Shown: in pieces, positions 12,001-27,900 of the stretch
Layout: each line of letters starts with the position of its first letter
Numbering within the stretch: the first letter of the stretch is position 1
Assembly (NCBI RefSeq): GCF_964204645.1
Contig: NC_134029.1
Location: 20,888,950-20,952,949, forward strand
Length of the DNA: 64,000 bases
DNA from: Tubulanus polymorphus
Taxonomy: Eukaryota; Animalia; Nemertea
Reading direction: 5' to 3'
The notes under the pieces: model-generated
Told to the model about the DNA's origin: nothing
The model's input: the letters and a program-made list of their open reading frames with translations, nothing else
Databases searched by the model: none
Program-made: the position numbers and the translations under genes

Positions 12001-14809
12001 TCGTCGTTGCGTCGCGCTAAACTATCGACGCTGGCGTTACTGCATGAGCTGCATAATCAAGGCAAAGATAACTTCGTGTACGCCTGCAACAACTGTAAAA
12101 ATCAAGTCGAAACCCGATTCCACTGTACAGTTTGCGATGTAAGTAATCTTCATTTTCTATTAGTTATCGTGGTTTATTTAGCTGGAGTTGCAGTCTCTTC
12201 TTCCCTACTGCATTGCTTAATCACCGATAATCTATTATCGGAATGGCTACTGACCTGGAAAACCTGGGCTTTTAAGCGAATCAGTAAATTGAGGGAAAAC
12301 TCAAGGAATTTGATAAATTGTAACATTTTAAACCGAGAAATTCCTTGTACATGTATTTACTCATGGAATTTTTTGTTATGACATGGAAAAATCAGGGAAA
12401 ACTCGGGGAATTCGTAAATTGCTAAAAAAGTTGACAATATTGATTTACTCTCACAAAGTTCAAGCTAAAACCAGTATTTCAAGTCACCTGACCTGAGGTT
12501 CGTTGTTCATAGTTACCGAAGTACTGGAAAATTGAAATTACTTGATGATTTTAAAATGATACGCCTATTCCTGGTTTGGAAATATTTGGGAACTTGATCG
12601 ATTTTCCTCAAATCCTGGAAATATTTGGGAAATTCATTATACTTCATGTAGCATTTACTGAGGGCAACTTACCTACTTCGATATTTCTTGGAAACGACCT
12701 TTATCAATCAGTTACCATTGAAATGTTGTAAGTGATGGTGATATCTGTTCGTTATTACGAAGACCATTTCCATTTGGGAAAATAAATGTCTATATGAATT
12801 TTGTAATCATGTAACTGTGGGAACCATGGGTCATTTAGGTTTTCTTCAGTTCCGATAACTATTAATATAACAATCTTTAAGAATACCATTTTGTAGCGAG
12901 GATGATATGACGAACTTTGTTCCTTTCGTTTTAGGACTTCGACCTGTGCGTGCCTTGCTTCGAGAAAGAAGGCCATCCGCACAAAATGGAGAAACTCGGA
13001 TTCGATTTGGACGACGGCTCGGCCGACGGACAGGAGAAACAAAATCCGCAGGAGTCGCGTCGTTTGTCGATACAACGTTGTATTCAGTCGTTGGTGCACG
13101 CGTGTCAGTGTCGCGACGCGAACTGTCGATTACCGAGCTGTCAGAAAATGAAACGCGTCGTTTCGCACACGAAGAGCTGTAAACGCAAAACGAACGGCGG
13201 CTGTCCGATCTGTAAACAGCTCATCGCGTTGTGTTGTTACCACGCGAAACATTGCCAGGAGGCTAAATGCCCGGTGCCGTTTTGTCTCAATATCAAACAC
13301 AAATTACGCCAGCAACAGCTGCAACAAAGACTGCAACAAGCTCAGATGCTGCGGCGTCGTATGGCCGCGATGCAACAGTCGACCGTACCGGGAGGTTCGC
13401 ATAGTCAGTCGACCCCGATACAAGGACAGCCGTCGGTGCCGTCGCGACCGGTGGCGTCCGTTAAACCTCAGCCGCCTACTCAAGCGCAACAATCGTTCGG
13501 GGGTAAACCGACTATACCTCCGCCGGGCGCGATGCTCGCCGCGCAGCAGGCTCAACAAGCCGCGCAAAGACAGGCCGGCGCTTTAAATAGCTACGGCAAA
13601 CCGGCGCAGAATCCGATGCCGCCGCCTCAAATACAGCCTCAGCAGCCGCCGCCGCCGCAAAAACCGATGAATCAAATTCAAATGGCCGGACCGCCCGGTT
13701 CCGGGCAAAATCGTATGTTGCCGTCGTTAGAACGCTGGCAACAGATGTATCCGGGAAAACCTCAGCCGCAGGGTCAACCGCAGCCTCTGCAGCAGCAGTC
13801 GCCGCAGATGCAACCACAGCAAAGACAGATGGCGCCGGGTGTCATGCAACAGGGAATGAATAATATGAACATGAATCCACCGCAGAGGCCTCCGCAAATT
13901 CCTCAGGCTTCGTTTCAACAGTTATTGGATAGCTTGAAATCTCCGACATCTCATCAACAGCAACAACAAGTGCTAAACATTATTAAATCTAGTCCACAGT
14001 TAATGGCGGCAATTATACGTTATCGAACGCAGCACACGCAGCAACCACCGGGAGGAATGCCTCGTCCGCCGCAGGGCGGCCCGCAAATGCAGGGCCCGGC
14101 GCAAGGAGCTCCGCCCCAGATGCAGGGACCGCCGCAAGGGGGCGCTCCTCAACAACAACAGCAGTGGTTTAATCGGTTCCGTCAAAATATGCCGCAACCC
14201 GGACAGCAACAAATTCCTCAACAATTCCAACAAGGGCCGTCGTACGCCCAAGGACAACACGGGCAACCGAATTTCGCCCAACAGAATTTCCAAGGGGATA
14301 ATCAACAATTGTTATATCAGCAGCGGCAACAAATGCTGCAAGTTCAACAGCAACAACAACAATTAAAACAACATATGGTTGGTAACCAGCCGGTAAGTCC
14401 TCAGCAACAGTTGCTGGGGCAACAAGCCATTCCTTCTCAGCAGCAAATGATGCAACAAGTGCGTTCACCACCTACCTCAATAGCACAGGCGGTCCGATCG
14501 CCGCAACCATCATTGTCACCTAGGCAGCAACCTGTACCATCGCCGCGGCAACTGCAACAACCGTCGCCGCACATAACGCAACAGTCGCATTCCCCCCATC
14601 CGCACGCTAGCGGAGGCACGGATCAAATCACCGAACAGGTCATGTTACCCCAGTTACAGGGACAATATGGCAACGCGGCCGCCGCCGCCGCCATGCAACA
14701 ATTACAGAGTCCGGCGACGAGTCAGGATCTCGGACTGAATCCCACTGAACCGGAGGTCGCGCCTCTCACGCCGCAGGACCAGCTATCGAGGTTCGTCGAA
14801 ACCTTGTAG
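1..14809 (+). CDS. CREBBP: CREB-binding protein / p300 histone acetyltransferase (5'-partial, multi-exon)
   Basis: Hand-spliced exons: <1-497, 1197-1431, 1811-2155, [2402-2545], 2769-3021, 3432-3691, 3896-4086, 4613-5291, 5584-5702, 6682-6852, 7417-7574, 7674-7754, [8140-8196 or 8708-8764], 9250-9327, 9417-9632, 9956-10102, 10190-10303, 10397-10562, 10862-11083, 11174-11332, 11857-12138, 12935-14809; all GT-AG and phase-compatible. Domains: TAZ1 ([21 protein letters not shown]), KIX ([28 protein letters not shown]), bromodomain ([23 protein letters not shown]), RING/PHD, HAT ([42 protein letters not shown]), ZZ, TAZ2 ([15 protein letters not shown]), NCBD ([26 protein letters not shown]), Q-rich tail. 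Confidence 0.98.
2402..2545 (+). CDS. Candidate in-frame cassette exon of CBP, paralogous to the 3' half of the preceding exon
   Basis: tttctctgtag acceptor, gag|gtttg donor, 144 nt, phase 1/1, stop-free: [48 protein letters not shown] versus upstream [37 protein letters not shown]. Confidence 0.75.
8140..8196 (+). CDS. CBP RING-PHD junction exon, variant A ([18 protein letters not shown])
   Basis: ttttcag acceptor and gtaagt donor; 57 nt, phase 2/2; matches the vertebrate CBP segment ISKDQFEKKKNDTLDPEP. Confidence 0.9.
8708..8764 (+). CDS. CBP RING-PHD junction exon, variant B ([18 protein letters not shown])
   Basis: ccttcag acceptor and gtaagt donor; 57 nt, phase 2/2; same length and phase as variant A with 11 of the 18 internal codons encoding identical residues. 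Confidence 0.9.
9701..9935. mobile_element. MITE with CAGGGT..ACCCTG termini and internal AAGTGCTTAC repeats
   Basis: Begins cagggtac, ends atgaaccctg, repeated aagtgcttac; partial relatives at about 4490-4560 and 5328-5415 in other CBP introns. Confidence 0.6.
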
Positions 14810-15082
14810 TATATATCAACGTACGTAGCGTGGTTGGTTGGATATTATTATTACAATTATATAGATATATATATGTATATGTAAATATATATATATATGC
14901 ATATATATACATATATATATATAAAGTTATTGTGATGTTAAGACTCTTGGAACAAAGAGCCGTGTACTGTGAATAGTAACCTTGCCTGGTGTAAATAATT
15001 GTACATAGTCGAATCTTTATATCTTTTCTGAGAACAAATGCTACGATTTTTGGACTGTAAGAAATATGTTTTATTATTATTA

Positions 15083-15115
<33 letters not shown>

Positions 15116-17990
15116 GATTATTATCATTTTTATAAGAAAAAAAATACGATACACGTGTCGCTATTGATTATATATATATATATTATTATGAAATGACGAT
15201 GGTGAAATATTTGTGTCTATATGAAAATGGATGATGGATGTGTTCTGTGTTATAATGGTTTAAACTGAATAATGCTGTAGGGTTTTCGCAGCCGTGTATC
15301 TCGTCGTGTTATAAACGATCGATTAAACGAAACCGAACTCGGCCATCGCGAATCGTCGTCGTCGTTTCCGATCTAGGTTTTAGCATTTTTCGACGTCGAG
15401 TTTTTTTTTTTAAGTCGATGACGCGCCGAGTACGTATTGCGCGCTGCAATAGGGGGCGCCGGCGGCCCGCGCACCCCAGTTCCGATACATGCAAATCGAC
15501 CGCGCGGCAATATATATGTAATACGTGTACGTGTTTTACTGTAAGATGATGCGTGTTGGCATAATGATGATGTGTGCGTGTTCGCTGCTGCCACTGATCG
15601 AGAAACTCTCTACAAAACAAATTATATATTAATCGTTGAATGAATGCGTTAAGTCAATCTCGTGGACGGCTTGATGAGAATTTAATTCGAATCGCGCGTG
15701 TGATGAAAGCAGCTTCGTACGTACGTCGTCGTCGTCGTATCTGTATGTATTGTACATGTAAACAGACATTTAGAACAATATATTACTAGAGTAAAACAAA
15801 CAACGCTGATTGTATGATAAGATGTTATTACTAATTTATATCTCTCCTGGTAATCGATTATCTGCTTGCTATATGGCGTTCGTCGAATAGTTCTATACGA
15901 TGAACCCGACCTGTTCGCACACTCTTTACGCTCTAAACACGTACGTTCGACGTACGAATTTCGATGTTATTCGATCTTTCAACTCGCTTTTCTCCGCCGC
16001 CTCGCGTCATTTATGGATTTTCGTGAATTCTTGGCGGTTGCGTTTTGAGTCGAAGACGAACGACCTACTCTTCTAAAAAAAAACTCGATTAACCCTTTCA
16101 GTGCTGACTTATAAATACCCTAAAATGCTGGAGATATTTTGAAAATTAAAAAAAGGAATTCAAACCCAGTGACTGTGTTGAATACCATAATTATCATTAG
16201 GTATTAGTATTCAGCTGTGGCAGGTGCTGACATCTTTCATTAGAGATAAAAACTAATTACATCGATAACACCGCAGAGCGGTGTATTCGCAAACTCCATC
16301 ACCGATTTATTTATACACCGCATTGTGGTGTAGATGCACTGAAAGGGTTAAGATCTTAATAATTCTTTTGAGAAACGACTTCTTCGTTCGTTCTTCTTCT
16401 CATAAAAAGCGCGCGGTGAAATGCTCGAAATTGTCGAGTTGAATTCCGTTTAGAAATATGTCTGTTCTCTTTTTCTATCTGTCTTGTGTATAAATTATAG
16501 TCTTGACAATTTTCTCAGACCAGTATTATCGAGAATGTGTTAGTGAGGCGCTCTGGTAGCGTCCGTTTGTGACTTGATGATGATGATAGAAATTATAATT
16601 AGTAATGAAGAAAAAAATAATGATTATAGCGAAAGATGAAAAAATGTTTAACCATATCAGAGTAATTTATTGAACTTTATTTTTCACGCCGGCATTTTAG
16701 GGATGTCGGTCGCTATTATTGAATTTACAGCAAGGCTGGGCTTTCAAATTATGTACATAGTGATGTCTTGTTTTCGTTTCCGCAATAATAATAGGACGAT
16801 AGTAAAGCGACAAGATTCGGATATGACGATTTTGGTACGAGTTCGCGGGATATCAAACAAACAAAGAAACAAACGCCTGCGTGTATCTGTGGCAGCTTTT
16901 TTTTTTAATATCAAAAAGACGAAGCTCTTTCAAAATCCCTCTCTGTCCTGTTACCCGGATAACTAAGGGATCAAAATCCTACTCGATCGATGTACACTTA
17001 TTATTATTATTTATTTATTTTTTTACGACCGAAAAAATATTGTTGACGATTATTATTAACCGTTCAATCGTGTGGTACCCCCCCTAGCATTCGCTTGGAA
17101 CGTCTTCGTCGTTGTCGTGCTGTGTCCGTTAGTAGTTTTTGTGATCGGTTTCTTATTCAGTTCTCTCTATTCGCGCGCTCCATCGAGTAATCGGCGTAAC
17201 GTTTACGGACGACGCGAGGCAAAAAACGCAAATAGTTGTTTTCGATGATTTAGTTGGTTAGTTTATAATGTTGAGTAGTAAGTAGTAGAAACGCATGCTT
17301 TAAACTTCGTGTCAGTCTCGCTATAGTGTATATATGTTCTATAAATAGATAGGGTCTATAGCTGTCGTCGTTGGGTCTGGCGACGATTTTTGTTACTGTT
17401 TTCGGTCCGCGGACGGTTGACGAAATTCGTTAGACTTAGTACGAAAAGAGTCGCGATGTGCTCGGAATGTAGATAATATACCCGTGATGTTAATGCATTT
17501 GCATATCAAGGTTTTCGCGTGAACTAAAATCTATTTATGAATTGAATTATTTTGTAAAAAAAAAATCGACGTTGGCAATTCCGATGAACTTACATATATG
17601 TATGTGTGTATTTGAACAAATTAGGAATACCGTAATTATTAGTCGACGAATTATGAGGTATAAAAGTTAGCGTAGATGTATTTCGTTGATATTCGGCCAG
17701 CTGTATCGAAGAGACAGTGTTCTGAGATATACGATGATAATTTTTGTAAAAATAAAAAAAGAGGAAGAATTCGTGCATTTCTAGCTATTTAGTCTTCCCA
17801 TTCACGAGAAACTGATAGACATTCTATTTATAGACTATATGTACTCTCGGTGCGCGAGTTCATAACTGGTGTCAAATATTGGCCATCATCTCCTTGTACT
17901 GTGTAATGTATGTATCATAAATTTTCCACCTATGTGAATAGCACATATTTACTCAAAATATTGTAAATAAACATGACAATAAATAAATGA
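14810..17990 (+). other. Probable long (~3.2 kb) 3' UTR of CBP
   Basis: No splice-compatible coding sequence after the TAG; TA- and TTA-rich tracts at about 14857-14922 and 15070-15125; clustered AATAAA at 17966-17971 and 17978-17987 followed by T-rich sequence. The 3' end is inferred. Confidence 0.6.
16093..16347. mobile_element. Non-autonomous piggyBac-type MITE
   Basis: Perfect 12-bp TIR CCCTTTCAGTGC (16093-16104) / GCACTGAAAGGG (16336-16347), flanked on both sides by TTAA (16089-16092, 16348-16351), the piggyBac target-site duplication. Confidence 0.85.
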
Positions 17991-19025
17991 TATAGTAATA
18001 TAAATTAATATCTTCACGTTCGATTTTTGTTTTTCAAATTCTTCGGAAACGTGTTTTGGTCTTGAGGAGTTTCATCGATGCAAGGATCATTCATGCTAGT
18101 TCGCTATTGGGCGTCCATTTCATCACAAAAAAACGAACTGCTCGTAGGGATTAGGATGATCTCTGTGGAAATAAAAGCCGACAGAATAATGTTGATATTA
18201 TCTCATATATTGAACAAACAAACAATTTATCGTCATATTAATATTTATTTCCCAGAAGAATAAAAGAGATTCAATAAAGAAATTATAGTGGAGAAAACAC
18301 TACGTTTATCGATGATGAATTAGATTTGAACGTACACAAAAATATTCTAATTAAGACAGATATACCAAAGTGAAGCAGATATCGACGTACCCCCGGTATA
18401 TGTAGTAGCACAATGAAATGAAAAAGGAGGAAGACTTTTAAACTAAAGATTGCTATAACGGAATTTAAGATATAAGAAAAATATCTACTGGTATCTGTTT
18501 CTAACTTTCAGTGCATCAAGTGACAAGGTACAGTTATAAGAGATTTGAGTGAAATAATCTGCTAAAAACAAAGGGTGTAAATATTATAATGCATGGGTTG
18601 TGCATAAAAAATTCATGACATATTAAGTACAGCGAGGAAACTTATTCTAACCGGAGTAAAAACCATTCCCTTAATCGTTGCAGTGGCACTTAACTTACCA
18701 ACATATTTTGATGAGAAAAATGTGCATTTTATAGACAAGGGAATTTTTCAGAGTTATCAAGGCTTTTATGAATTTATGAAATACATGTGTTTTACATTTT
18801 AGTTCCTTCACCGATTACATCTTTTAAAATATATTTCATGTCCCAGCAGTTTTTTTAACACATTTCGTTAATCAAAATGAGATCACAGAATCTTTAATCA
18901 TCGTTTTTGACTCTTTTCAATCACCTCGAACGTAAATAGCACAACAAATTTGTCTTCATCACTTAAAAAATGAGGATGATCATTACGACATATCCGATGT
19001 ATTGCACCAAACAAATGTATACGGT

Positions 19026-19181
19026 CAGTGTTTTTAATAAGAGCCAGGTCCCGGGTCCCAGACCCGTCTAAGGACCCACCTGCTTTTTCAAACCAGCTTT
19101 TGTTTCAGGGACTGTGACATATTATGGGAACTCCTGTTTCTCGAAGGGACCTGGCTTGTTAATTTCTTACTGAAAACACTG
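19026..19181. mobile_element. Short MITE in the PRRC1 3' region
   Basis: TIR CAGTGTTTT / AAAACACTG, flanked by a direct repeat TACGGT (19020-19025 and 19182-19187); GC-richer interior. Confidence 0.65.
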
Positions 19182-19338
19182 TACGGTACGAATGCTCTAC
19201 TAAATGAAACCTAACATACCACGTGATAAACAACCTAAACTTTCCATAGAACGAAATGTTTTTTTTTGGCATTAAAGCTCTGTACACGAGTTACCGAGTT
19301 AACCTCCTATTTACACAGATCATAGGAACACAAGTTGT

Positions 19339-21246
<1,908 letters not shown>

Positions 21247-21699
21247 TTTGAAGACTTATATTATTAATGCTGAAAATAAAATGCCAACTCATCAAACTAT
21301 CAATATCGTACTTGTTAGATTATCCTCATGGTAGGCTGTAGAAATTATCGAAACTAAGCGTCAATAAGCCTTATACATGTAGAATACGAAAAAGATACGT
21401 CATCTATTTTTGTATTCAAATTTTTTGTCGAGGCAAGGTCTTTGTGAGGCACCAATGCTTTTATTTAGACAAGGAAAGAAGTGTCTTCCAGCAAGATCAA
21501 GATGGAGGAGAACTTGAGAAGTTGCCAGTTCGGAACGATGGATAGGCCAAAACCGGCTAAAGACGACTGATCACAAGCGAATTAAACACTGACAACTGTT
21601 CCTCCATAACCACCTATAATTTTTCCAGCATAAAACCACAAATCTCAAAATAATTCTATTTCCTAAGCCAGCAGGAAAAACAAATTCATGCATTATTTA

Positions 21700-21810
21700 C
21701 CCAACAACAATATGAACTGCCACGTCTAATGGGATATCCCTACCTATTACGTCATTCGGTGATTTCTCGGGATTCCGTCACTGATACTAGTGCTGCCATT
21801 TTGTGTGGGA
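21700..21810. promoter_or_regulatory. Probable promoter region upstream of PRRC1
   Basis: Upstream of the PRRC1 5'-UTR acceptor (about 21270); contains TACGTCA (CRE-like), TTCTCGGGA and GCCATTTT (YY1-type), the same motif set seen at the JADE promoter. Confidence 0.5.
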
Positions 21811-21906
21811 AATTCGAACTGCAGTGTGTGTTCTGTGTTCTTCTGCATCGATGAATTTTGACAGTTTTCAAATGCGAATGGGCTGGATCATCCTCGTGTA
21901 CGTTAG

Positions 21907-21987
21907 CCCACGATAGCTCACAGCTCAAGGTGGTTAGAGAGGCCTAAAACCTAAATTCTATTACGTGGTCGAACCCGTGCTGTGGGA
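21907..21987 (+). pseudogene. Degenerate tRNA-like sequence (tRNA pseudogene or tRNA-derived SINE head)
   Basis: CCCAC..GTGGG acceptor-like stem, A-box-like AGCTCAAGGTGGTTAGAG, B-box-like GGTCGAACCC; duplicated AGCTCA and no valid anticodon arm. Confidence 0.45.
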
Positions 21988-24900
21988 ATTTTTTGATCCA
22001 CACACAGCACAGATTGAAAACAGTCAACCACTTCACCACCTCACGACAAAACCACGCGGCGCAAGTCGTGCGCGTCAACTGACTGTATGATGATGATAAT
22101 AATGTATCACGAATATTACCATTTGAACTACGTGTCTAATTTACCTATTAAAGCCAAATCATAATCCAGGTCAGGGCCCCCTCCGATCAATGACGACTGA
22201 CCTGACGTGTTGAAAGTCCGAAAAAATTCTTTATTTCAAGCTAAAGAAAAGAAGAAATAAAACAAAAACTCAGTGATGTTACGCTGTATTGTATAGGCCT
22301 TCTAAGATGATGATCTAATACTTTTATTTCAGTCCATCTTTCAACTCACTTTAAAATAGGCCTAAATACATGGGATAGAAATAACGTTAAATCAACTCCA
22401 TTATTGATTAAGCTTAAACATGATGCTGTATCAGAGATGTATGTCATAAAACTAAAGAAAATGTCATGAATAATTGATTGTATATAAAACGAGATGTTAT
22501 TAGCTGGGATATGCTTCAAGTGATTAATACATGTACTGTGTCTTTTGGTTGAGTTCAGTTTCACACGAGACCTGTCCAAAAGTGACCCTAGATGTTAATA
22601 AGATTGGTCTTCAGTATCTAGTAAGATTGACTATAGGGTGAAGTTGGCGTTAGACTGGGTCTTAAATCTAGGCCATGACTGTAACCGATCCTAATCTAAT
22701 ACATATAAATAGGATTAAGGCTTGATTGTCATTAGTGTCATATTAAGTATATCGTTCAGTAGTCGAATGAGATGTAGGCCTAGCTTAAAAATCTATTAAA
22801 CCCTAAGGTCAAGATGATCACCTCAATATACTTGTACGTCTAGTGCTCAGGATTATATCAAATCAACTCCGTGGTCCATATCTATACGTTTCTATTTAAT
22901 CATTAATGAAATCAATGATCGATTAGTTGTTTGTGATGGCGCATAATCTAAGATTAAAACTTGTAGGCCTACAGTTAGAAATAAAGACGGGTTGAAGCCA
23001 GTTACAATATACTAGTTTGTAATAGGCCCTGCTTCTCCATTGAAACGCTAATCCCGAAAGCAAATTATGAAAAACGTTTAGACTTTATACGTTAGCAATA
23101 TAGTTTTGCCTTTTTAATTTTGAAAAGGTCTCGAGAATGATTTCCTTCGATCAATCAAATGCATTGAATTATCAGTGGATTAAGACTTTCTACAATCAGT
23201 CATTTGAGTTGTGTGTGTCTATAGACTAGGGGTTGACCTGAGTTGAAAACCGTGTTCGAACTACGAAACTGATTAGGTAAAACAATCTATATTTTCATTG
23301 CGGATAATGCGACCTTTGTATTAAACATTCAGTACACTTGCTTCGAAATGTCTGTAAATGAACGTGTATGTATTTATCATAGTGTATCATATTGTGTAAT
23401 TATTTATCCGTACAGATACAGTCTTAACTTATCACAATGTTATCGGTTCATTCGGTTCATCGGGTTCACGATAGCCGGGTCCAGTGCCGGATCTCACCTT
23501 AAGATACTCACAGTCTGAACTAGGCTCTAAATATCGAAATCTATTCAGAGAAATAGATCTAAACGTTGATTTATTATTACGGTTTCTCGACAAGTTTATC
23601 CCCGTTAGGCCTAATCGGAATATGATGTGAATATTTTCTATTAAACACCACGATATTTCGGTTACACTATGTCGCCATATGGCTTTCCCCCAGAACTGTG
23701 TAAAATAACTCCGAATCAAATCACAAATCTATTAATAAATACGAAGGACGATCATTCCTTTGAGATTTAAAAAAACTCATACGAATGTACAAAGGCTACA
23801 TACACCAAAAGGCTTTCCGGTAGCTGCGATGATGGCCTAGTAAAATAAAACGAATGTGGTCTCAATATAACAATTTTTACTACAACATTATATCATCTAA
23901 GTTTGAACTTATTCTATCATATTTTTGAGCAAATCAATATCTTTCAGTCTCAATCAGCAACTTCTCGGTAAACAAGAGGCCCCGAGGCACTGCGTATCAT
24001 CTGAAAGCTAATTCTCCGAGTTATTGTCGTCTGTCGTTACTTATTATCTCAACAGAAATTGCGGTCCATCTACATCTATATGATAATTGCGAACAATTGA
24101 TAGCTTAAAATTGCATGATTCCAATCGCTTATCGAGCCGTAAATGCGTGAATGCGCACGTAGGATTCATTGGTTTCGTACATTAAAATTTAAAGTAAAGA
24201 AGTAGATATTGATGTAGATGTAATTATAGTGATGCGCATGTGTCGGCTGCGGTGTGATGGTATTATATCCGGTGTGTGTGAAGGGATGTTTGCGATGCGT
24301 CGTTTTGTTTCAGATCGTCGTCATACCAACATACACAACCCCCTACGGCGTTAAACTAACTAGCCTTGTATTTGAAATGATCACCCAAGAGAGATGAAGA
24401 TATGATTCTAAACCGCAGAGATAGATTTATTTTAAAAAAAACATCGTATTTTTTTATGTAGGCCTATAGATTTTGGATTTCCCCTGATAAGATTTCTACT
24501 ATTCTGTGTCGTAAACATTTCAGTAATTATTTGTCTCGAAGGAAAATTAAGATCTGTCAGATACTGTTTAATGCACGATAGATTTATCTAAAAAGAACAA
24601 GGGAAAAAATCGACATTTTGTTTGAATTTATTTCAAATTTCCTCGAATGAAAAGATTGCTATCGATTCAGTGTCCTCGGCCGCTGATCTGAACAATTGAA
24701 ATTGCCGATTGAAAAATTTTCTTCATGAAAAAGATCTGGAAGTGCATTCTTCAAATTCTGGGCTATAACCTCGCCTTTGATATTCGGACACGCCCAACTC
24801 AGACTTTTGACTAACTCGGAAAAAAGAACTCAGTTTTGTGACTTCCTAAAGTATTTCCTTATCCTTAACTCAGACCGCGGACCAATTCTACTGGTCCAAG

Positions 24901-27900
24901 TTAATCCGGGTAACAGCGATAGATTCGCGACGTAGATTTTCAGTAAAAGTGGTTTAATCGAAGTAAACGATTGTTTTTTTTTTCTATCTCATCACTAAGT
25001 GCAGTGAATCTGTAGTATCGTGTCGGGTGTATATTAAATAACGTTCATCGTGCCGATCGGGAGCGGGAGCGGGAGCGAAGAAAACTGGTTGATTAATTTT
25101 CCCGGATTCAAGCCCCGAGAGAGACGTATAATATTGGCTCGTAAATTCTCGAATGATTATGATTAATCTCGAACACGTCGTTGAGATGAAGTGTGTTGCT
25201 AAGCTGTTCCTATAAGTCACACAGAACGGGCGATGATGATGGAGAGCGCGGTAGATCCCGCAACAGGCCACAGCCGCGGCGTAATTTTTAATATGAGATA
25301 CGGAATATTGACGAATTAACGCGTGTAACTAAGCCGGGGAAATAAAACTAAATCTGTGCGCAGTGATTCATGGCAATTGAAGCAGATTCAATGTAAATGC
25401 CTGCAAAGATTCATGTAAAAAACTGTAAGTATGGTTAATTGACGTATAGAGTTCGATATTAAGCTCGTATCAGCAGTCAGATTATCAAAGAAATTTCCGG
25501 AATTAAGGCTTCACCTATTTTGTAATTCGAAGTTATTTTTTTTTTAATTCGGGGATTAGGTCCTATTTTCAAAGTTCTAGGATTTTTTGTGCATATCCGT
25601 TAGGATGAATAATCAGCATGAATATTACCTGGAAAATCTACTTGATATCATCGAAGTTCAATGATTTTTTATTCTGCGCATAATGCATTCGTTAAGATGA
25701 AAAATATGGACAAGAATATTCATATATATTTTTATATATCTAATTTAAAGAAAACAACTTATTGTGGCTATAAACAACGGCTTTGTCCCGTTAAATTGTA
25801 ACTTCTGGGAATTTAATGTGTGTTTATGTGTATTTTTACTGTAATAGCGAAAACAAAAATCGTCTGCAGTTTTGAGTCATCGATATCGTTGTTGTCGACA
25901 CTATAGAATGAAAATAACGGTAATGCGACGGTGTTATGTCGCGAAGACACCGCTAGTTCTAGGGGAACCTCGAGCACTACGCGCTTTCATATATATCTAT
26001 TTCAGTAATGATTTACGCGGAACGCGACGAGCACCGTTTTTTTATATTTTCATAACACCGGCAACTATAACTCGAGGTGAACCCGACGACGCGAATACTT
26101 CGAAATAACTCTTTTTTCGAAATCGTAATTTATCAGGAATGAATCGCGGATCTGTGAAAAGTTCCGTTTTTAGCTTATATACGACATATTATATATATAT
26201 ATTCGTTTCAAGTATTTAATGATTGATATCAGAAGAAACATTATCACCGTCGTTTGATAAACATAACACTTTATTCAGATAGTAAAGTTTAAACGCCCGG
26301 CCATATAATAAATATATATGATAGGATTTGCGTTCGAGGTGGAATATTACGAAGAGGAAACGAGAAAATATTTGCTTAGACTAGAGGCAGGTGAGTGTGG
26401 ACATAGGGTAGGATTACGATTGAATTGGGGGTGGAATTTAAGCGTGCAGATATAGATTTTAGAAGTATTCCGATTGAGGTAAGGTAAGGAATTTTTGTAT
26501 TTCTCTATAGTATTCAAGCATTCTTCGAGTATCTTACGATATATATTAGATCGTAATAATGGCATAGCATCAAAGTCTATACATAATAGAACAAAATAGG
26601 ACGTCTCAGAATATTAATTTATCAATTTTCAAAATATTTCGCTAATTTTTTTCTACTAATATATGTTTCCACACACGTGACATGATGACGAATCTTGCGA
26701 AGTTCAGGGTTTTTTGAATGAAACTTTATGTGAAAGTTGGGCAATACAACATGATATAATCTATATCTATTATTACCGTACAGTTATAGAAATCAGCTTC
26801 GCATTTTTCTAGCGTCAAAACGATTTCAATAACGCATTTGTCGGCGCACAGTAGTATTGACAGTGCCACCCGTTTAAAAGCGTTTGTTTTGTTCGATTTC
26901 ACTGATTGCACTGCCGTCGCAATCGAAACGATTGTAAATATTGTTTTTGGAAACCTGTGTAAAAAAATATTTTGGAACTGGTTTTCGTTGGTTATACGTG
27001 CGGTGTACTCAACAAATATATACCTTCTTGTTGTACTGTTTTGATAAAATACATTTCAGGGTTCGACTGAGGGCGATAACATTATAGAAATTAGTTTTTC
27101 ACTGCGGATTTCATTCAGCAAGAACATTTTACAGTTGAATGTATATTTTTCTTAAATTCGTAAACTATGGCGCGTAGAATATCTGTTGATTTAATCGAAA
27201 AAAATATCCAAATCGGTTAGTATCTTTTTGATAAAACTTTTAGCTGTAATTTCTATAATACACGATGATCGCTGGTTGTTATAAGAAAAATTGCGAAATG
27301 AAATAAGATGACAACTCTTTATCACAAAATCTCGCGAAATCTCGCAATTCCTGATTTGAAGGTCTATCCACGGACTTAGACATTTTGACCGTAATCCGGT
27401 CGGACATTCAAAAAAAGTTATTTCCACGCCACACTGATATCCAATTTATTTTAAGAACTACTTAGGACACGGATAATGGTAATAATACGCGTTGAGAGCA
27501 TTCACATTTCTTTACAAATTAATCCGCCATTTTATTACTATTATGTACTGGTAGTCAGTATACTAATAATGATAATGACCTATGGTCATAATAATCACCA
27601 ATGGAAGAATGTTTACTAATAAATCCATGTATTATGTGGGAAAATCGTTTAATCTTCGTGTCACACGTCACTGTGGTAGGTACAGAACTCGTGTGTAAAT
27701 TATTTCATAGAAGCCACGCGCAAATTTAATGTCCTCCGTTTTTAATTCAGTTGATTTTTGAATAATAAACGTTGCTTTTAAATTTCTGAGTGATCTATTG
27801 TCGGGGTTTTGAGCGTGGCTGTTCAATCAACTCTTAAAAAGTTTCATCAATAATCAGTACATATTTCAGGCGCTTGACCAGTGATGATCTTCCGTCAATA

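Noticed and set aside
13304-14619. Several antisense ORFs over the last CBP exon (likewise 74-382, 4810-5178 and 40826-41806)
   Set aside because: Shadow ORFs of GC-rich, low-complexity coding sequence with no independent domain signal.
14807-14900. Stop-codon readthrough of CBP
   Set aside because: TAG-T context is not a leaky one and the downstream sequence is a TA-rich low-complexity tract.
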